In this document: in pieces, positions 33,312 to 38,828 of the stretch
Layout: each line of letters opens with the position of its first letter
How positions within the stretch are numbered: the first letter of the stretch is position 1
Assembly (NCBI RefSeq): GCF_035594765.1
Contig: NW_026943847.1
Location: forward strand, 149,173-188,000
Reading direction: 5' to 3'
Origin: Anolis carolinensis
Lineage: Eukaryota
DNA: 38,828 bases
Program-made: the position numbers and the translations under genes
Notes under the pieces: generated by a model
Seen by the model: only the letters and a program-made list of their open reading frames with translations
Told to the model about the DNA's origin: nothing
Databases searched by the model: none

Positions 33312-34958
33312 CTATTTATGTGGCTTCTCTCCTGTGTGAATCTTTTGATGGGTGTGTAGATTTCCACTCTGACTGAAGCTCTTTCCACATTCCATGCATT
33401 TATGTGGCTTCTCTCCTGTGTGAGTCCTTTGATGGGTGCGTAGATTTCCACTCTCACTGAAGCTCTTTCCACATTCCATGCATTTATGTGGCTTCTCTCC
33501 TGTGTGCATCCTTTGATGGGTGCGTAGATTTCCACTCTGACTGAAGCTCTTTCCACATTCCATGCATGTATGTGGCTTCTCTCCTGTGTGCATCCTTTGA
33601 TGGATACGCAGATCTCCACTCTGACTGAAGCTCTTTCCACATTCCATGCATGTATGCGGCTTCTCCCCTGTGTGAGTCCTTTGATGGGTGCGTAGATCTC
33701 CACTCTGACTGAAGCTCTTTCCACATTCCATGCATGTATGTGGCTTCTCTCCTGTGTGCATCCTTTGATGGATACGCAGATGTCCACTCTCACTGAAGCT
33801 CTTTCCACATTCCATGCATTTATGTGGCTTCTCCCCTGTGTGAGTCCTTTGATGGATACGCAGATGTCCACTCACACTGAAGTTCTTTCCACATTCCATG
33901 CATGTATGTGGCTTCTCCCCTGTGTGAGTCCTTTGATGGATACGCAGATGTCCACTCTCACTGAATCTCTTTCCACATTCCATGCATGTATGTGGCTTCT
34001 CTCCTGTGTGCATCCTTTGATGGGTGCGTAGATTTCCACTCTTACTGAATCTCTTTCCACATTCCATGCATGTATGTGGCTTCTCTCCTGTGTGCATCCT
34101 TTGATGGATACGCAGATGTCCACTCTCACTGAATCTCTTTCCACATTCCACACATTTATATGGCTTCTCCCCTTTGTGAGTCCTTTGATGGGTGCGTAGA
34201 TCTCCACTCCGACTGAAGCTCTTTCCACATTCCATGCATGTATGTGGTCTCTCCCCTGTGTGAGTCCTTTGATGGATACGCAGATGTCCACTCTGACTGA
34301 AGCTCTTTCCACATTCCATGCATTTATGTGGCTTCTCTCCTGTGTGCATCCTTTGATGGATACGCAGATCTCCACTCCGACTGAAGCTCTTTCCACATTC
34401 CATGCATGTATGTGGCTTCTCTCCTGTGTGTATCCTTTGATGGATACGCAGATGTCCACTCTCACTGAAGCTCTTTCCACATTCCATGCATGTATGTGGC
34501 TTCTCTCCTGTGTGCATCCTTTGATGGATACGCAGATGTCCACTCTTACTGAAGCTCTTTCCACATTCCATGCATATATGTGGCTTCTCCCCTGTGTGAA
34601 TCCTTTGATGGGTGCGTAGATTTCCACTCTGACTGAAGCTCTTTCCACATTCCATGCATGTATGTGGCTTCTCCCCTGTGTGAATCCTTTGATGGGTGCG
34701 TAGATTTCCACTCTGACTGAAGCTCTTTCCACATTCCATGCATGTATGTGGCGTCTCTCCTGTGTGCATCCTTTGATGGATACGCAGATGTCCACTGTCA
34801 CTGAAGCTCTTTCCACATTCCACACATTTATATGACTTCTCTCCTGTGTGAGTTCGTTGATGTTTAGCAAGAGAACTTCTTTCAATGAAACATTTCCCAC
34901 AGTCCTTACAATTATGTCGCTTCTCCCCTGTGTGTGATTTTGACAATGAAGTTTCCAT
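33312..34958 (-). CDS. Gene C: C2H2 zinc-finger-only protein, 548 aa, 19 fingers, paralog of gene A
   Basis: [13 protein letters not shown] followed by 19 fingers. Kozak aaaATGG with an in-frame TAA two codons upstream. Acceptor tcttattcatctcgcag|GTAAC at 35241/35240 is homologous to that of gene A; 3' homology block 32180-32335 matches 3095-3295. Confidence 0.88.
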   Translation of the reverse strand: METSLSKSHTGEKRHNCKDCGKCFIERSSLAKHQRTHTGEKSYKCVECGKSFSDSGHLRIHQRMHTGETPHTCMECGKSFSQSGNLRTHQRIHTGEKPHTCMECGKSFSQSGNLRTHQRIHTGEKPHICMECGKSFSKSGHLRIHQRMHTGEKPHTCMECGKSFSESGHLRIHQRIHTGEKPHTCMECGKSFSRSGDLRIHQRMHTGEKPHKCMECGKSFSQSGHLRIHQRTHTGERPHTCMECGKSFSRSGDLRTHQRTHKGEKPYKCVECGKRFSESGHLRIHQRMHTGEKPHTCMECGKRFSKSGNLRTHQRMHTGEKPHTCMECGKRFSESGHLRIHQRTHTGEKPHTCMECGKNFSVSGHLRIHQRTHTGEKPHKCMECGKSFSESGHLRIHQRMHTGEKPHTCMECGKSFSQSGDLRTHQRTHTGEKPHTCMECGKSFSQSGDLRIHQRMHTGEKPHTCMECGKSFSQSGNLRTHQRMHTGEKPHKCMECGKSFSESGNLRTHQRTHTGEKPHKCMECGKSFSQSGNLHTHQKIHTGEKPHK

Positions 34959-36194
34959 TTTTTAAACATTTATTATTCTAATATTATGCCTGAAGTTCAC
35001 AGATATGGACTCCTGAATAGGACATTTCCTCTTCCCAGTCTCTGTATTGCTGTAGCCTTATTTTCTCTTTACCAACCCCTCTTTTTACAGCACAGTCCTC
35101 CCTTTCCTTACATTTAAAGGCATGTAGCTTGAAATATAATTTCTCCAATTTATTTCTTGTTCTTGTTAATCCTGCGTACTTTCCTTTCAGACGTAAGGCA
35201 AACGGCAATGTTTTCTTCATAAGGTTCGTTTAGAGGTTACCTGCGAGATGAATAAGAGGAAAATCTTATTAGGAGCAGAGTACAGAAAGATCTCATTGAA
35301 CATGAAGAACAATAGCCTAGTGCTGTAGCAATCACAGGGGAAGAGGGGAGAAAGACTGGCCCAACTGGTAAGAGCCCGTTGCCTGCTGAGAAGCACTTTA
35401 ACACTTGCCCAACAAAGAACAATCCCTGCAAAGGGGATAGCGGCCTAAGATCCTGTGTCTAATCCAACCTTGGTAAAGGAAGGCCTCTAATAATATGGTC
35501 AACACGGAAAGGGCCTAACGATGCAAAGCATTTCCTACCTAGATCCCGCTTCTTCACATCTCCACTCAAAACCTGAGTGGCCATCTGTATGGACAGACTA
35601 TCCCAAGTGATCAGTCTTGGGAGAAAAATACTTCCTCCAACTTGGGGGAGAGATATTTTCCTGATCCTCTCTTTCCCTGCAGCGTGATCCCTGCCCCACG
35701 TTTCTAAAGCAAGGCGCCTGGAGACACTGAGAGCACATTAGGCCACAAAGTTCCTTGACATACTGCATTCTTACAAAACCTATACCACAAAGGTATGTAA
35801 CTTCAGCCAGAGCCAAGGCACTCAGCCTAGCAGCAGTACATGAGAGAAGGCGGTATAGAGGAGACAGATGGATAGACCCCCAGGGTGAGTGGGAATCCTG
35901 CTGCCCTCCAGATCCTTCTGCACTCCAACAGCACCCTTGGGTGGGAGACATCATGATTCCTGCCCAGTTCTGCTCAGTTCAGTCCATTTTAGAAAGGACA
36001 TTGGCAAACTGCAGCGGATTCACAGAAAGGCAACAAGGACAGGAAGACATTACATTGTAAATGGAGGAAAAATAAAGGCAAAAGTTTGCTTTTGCACAGG
36101 AAACAATGTTGTGGCTCGAACTAAAATTATGTGCTAAAGATGATGCTTCTGACCGTCATCTGGGTAGTACCAGGTATAGCTTGTGCCACCAGAT

Positions 36195-37750
36195 GACTGC
36201 AACTAGGCCGACCACCTGCTCCCTCGATCCGTGTCCCTCCTGGATAGTAAGATCTTGCCTGGAGGGATTACGTGAACCTCTGTTGAATATAATAAATAGC
36301 TCCCTTGAGCAAGGAGTTTTTCCAGAGGGTTTAAAAGAGGCGATGGTATCTCCGCTGCTGAAGAGCCCAGACTTGGATCGTTCGGTTCCCGCTAGCTACC
36401 GCCCAGTCTCGAATCTTCCGTTTCTGGGCAAGGTGGTTGAGAGGGCAGCAGCGGAACAGTTGCAGCAGTTCCTCAATGACACAGCCGGACTTGTTCCCTT
36501 CCAGTCCGGCTTCCGTAGGGGGCACGGGACGGAGACTGTGCTAGTTGCCATCACAGATCAGCTTCGCTGCCAAAGGGATCAAGGCGGATCAGCGCTGCTT
36601 GTGTTATTGGATCTCACAGCAGCATTTGATACGGTCGATCACAATCTATTGACCCACTGCCTAGCCATGACGGGGGTTAGGGGGATACCCCTTAAATGGG
36701 TGTCCTCCTTCCTCCAGAATCAGGGACAGCGGGTGGTGAGGGGAGGGATGGTTTCCGAGAGGTCTCCGCTAACTTGTGGGGTCCACAGGAAGCTATTCTC
36801 TCTCCTCTATTATTTAACATCTATATGCGACCGCTTGCCCGACTGGTGCGGAGCTTTGGGCTCGAGTGCCACCAGTACGCTGATGACAATCAGCTCATTC
36901 TGAGGATGGAGGTCCGGCCGGACTCCGTACCCGATAGTTTCCATCAGTGCCTTGAGGCCGTTACTGGATGGTTGCGTGCCAGCAGGTTGAGGGTGAATCC
37001 AGCGAAGATGGAGATCCTTTGGCTGGGCCGTCCGGGTGGGGGGGAGATGCAGCTGCCTACCCTGGATGGCGAGACACTGCGTCCGTCATCTTCTGTAAAA
37101 AGTCTTGGTGTCTTATTGGACCCTCTGCTCACAATGGAGGCCCAGGTCTCTGCTGTGAGCAGATCTGCGTTTTTCCATCTACGTCAGGCTAGGCGACTGG
37201 CTCCCTACCTTTCTAGGAACGACCTGGCTACGGTGATCCAGGCGACGGTCACCTTGAGGCTCGGCTACTGTAACGCCCTCTACATTGGCCTTCCTCTGTC
37301 AGTGATCCGGAAACTGAAGCTGGTGCAAAATGCGGCAGCTCGTCTTCTCACCGGGGTGCCGGCGAGGTGGCGTATCACCCCAATTCTACAACAGCTGCAC
37401 TGGCTACCGATTGAGTACCGGACTACTTTCAAGATACTGGTACTAACCTTTAAGGCCTTACATGGTTTGGGGCCGGCGTACCTGAGGGCCCGCTTATCCC
37501 ACCACCAACCCCAGATATTACTTCGGTCCAAAGACCAAAATTTGCTTGAAGTCCCTAACATACGGACTTATCATTTGTCTTCTACTAGGCAGAGAGCCTT
37601 CTCGATTGTAGCCTTGCTCTTCCGACAAGCATTCAATGGGTGAAAAACTCGGGGCTATGTCTGTTTTTATTGTTGTTTTTATTGTTGTTATTGTTAATTT
37701 AAAGCTAAGTGTATTGTTTTAATCTATTTCTGTAAACCGCTCCGAGCCAA
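36195..37750 (+). mobile_element. 5'-truncated L2 LINE (RT to 3' end) with a frameshift near 36785
   Basis: TTCSLDPCPSW, SYRPVSNLPFLGKVVE, FQSGFR, LDLTAAFDTVDH, YADD and LHWLPIEYR (ORFs 36106..36903 and 36696..37643). Confidence 0.93.
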
Positions 37751-37769
37751 ATTAACCAGAGAATTTGTT

Positions 37770-37905
37770 GATCACATTCACAAGGACTGCCAAAGGGGTT
37801 CCTAAGACCATCAGAAATATGTGTTTCTGATGGTCTTTGACAACACCTCTGACATCCCCCTCGTGACCTACCCAGGGGTCCCGACCCCCTGGTTGAGAAA
37901 CATTG
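37770..37905. mobile_element. hAT MITE right part
   Basis: Ends gaccccctggttgagaaacattg, a hAT-type TIR. Confidence 0.5.
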
Positions 37906-37944
37906 ATTTACACTGTTACCCTATTGCATATGAAATCTGTTATA

Positions 37945-38828
37945 ATATAAATAATAATAATAAACTTTATTTTTATATCCCGCCCCATCTCCCCAAAGGG
38001 ACCCGGGGTGGCTTACAACAGGGACAAGCCCGAAAACAACAACACAAGACATTTGACCAAAAACATTCCAACGATTCACAAAATAAATAATAAATACATT
38101 AAAATCCAAGCAATAAAATCATAGAATTAAAAACAAACCAGCGGGGACAGGTTTCATAAAGTGCTGTGTCATGGAAATGAGTGATAAAGTGCCGTATGCC
38201 CTTAAAACAGAGAGAAGCATTCTAATGCCAGCTGTATTGGGCCTGTTCATTCAAACGCGCTCTGGAACATCCATGTTTTTAATTCCCGGCGGAAAATGGG
38301 CAGGGAAGGAGCTAACCTGATCTCCTTAGGGAGAGAGTTCCAGAGCCGGGATGGGGGCCACTGCCGAGAAGGCCCTCTCCCTCCCTCGTCCCCACCAGCC
38401 GCATTTGAGACAAAGGCGGGAGCGAGAGGAGTCTTTTTCTCAAATGTGGCTGGTGGGGACGAGGGAGGGAGAGGGCCTTCTCGGCAGTGCCCCCCCCCCC
38501 CCCCCGGCTCTGGAACTCTCTCCCTAAGGAGATCAGGTTACCGCCTTCCCTGCCCATTTTCCCGCCGGGAATTGAAAACATGGTTGTTCCAGAGCGCATT
38601 TGAATGAATAGGCCCAATAGAGCTGTCATCAGAATACTTCTTTATGTTTTAAAAGCATATGGCACTTTATCGCTGTTACTTATTTCCATTAAACAGCACT
38701 TTATGAAACCTGTCCCCGCTGGTTTGCTTTTAATTACTCTGATTTTATCTGCTTGGATTTTAATGTATTGTCCATATTTTATTTTGTGTATCGTTGGAAT
38801 GTTTTAAGTTTCTGTCAAATATGTTGTG
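37945..38828. mobile_element. Two L2 3' ends in a head-to-head palindrome
   Basis: Arm 38043-38410 is complementary to 38438-38828; RRELKTWLFQSAFE; (AAT)n tail at about 37945-37963. Confidence 0.9.

Noticed and set aside
33312-34958. Calling gene C (or gene B) PRDM9
   Set aside because: No PR/SET or SSXRD exon is seen, and an in-frame stop directly precedes the gene C start; only the array pattern is similar.

Overview
Vertebrate genomic DNA, very probably a squamate (an Anolis-like lizard, inferred from the repeat mix of L2, CR1, L1/Tx1, R4/Dong, Penelope, a tRNA-headed SINE with an L2 tail, and hAT and Tigger elements). The window is part of a C2H2 zinc-finger gene cluster. It holds one intact spliced SCAN-KRAB-ZNF gene on the + strand (gene B: 5 coding exons, 14920..25209, about 911 aa, 21 fingers). 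It also holds two paralogous minus-strand genes (A, 13 fingers; C, 19 fingers) that appear to encode zinc-finger-only proteins with no effector domain. Two paralogous GC-rich islands (1..912 and about 11300..12025) look like bidirectional promoters. Each carries two copies of a motif triad resembling the MHC X1-X2-Y (RFX/CREB/NF-Y) module, with an invariant 21-nt spacing and pointing at the minus-strand first exon. The layout suggests a tandemly duplicated head-to-head cassette (ZF-only gene, promoter, SCAN-KRAB-ZNF gene), with the + gene of the leftmost copy mostly deleted. The rest is decayed transposons, several of which form inverted or fold-back structures. All calls were made by eye; no database searches were run, and repeat boundaries are approximate unless TSDs are given.
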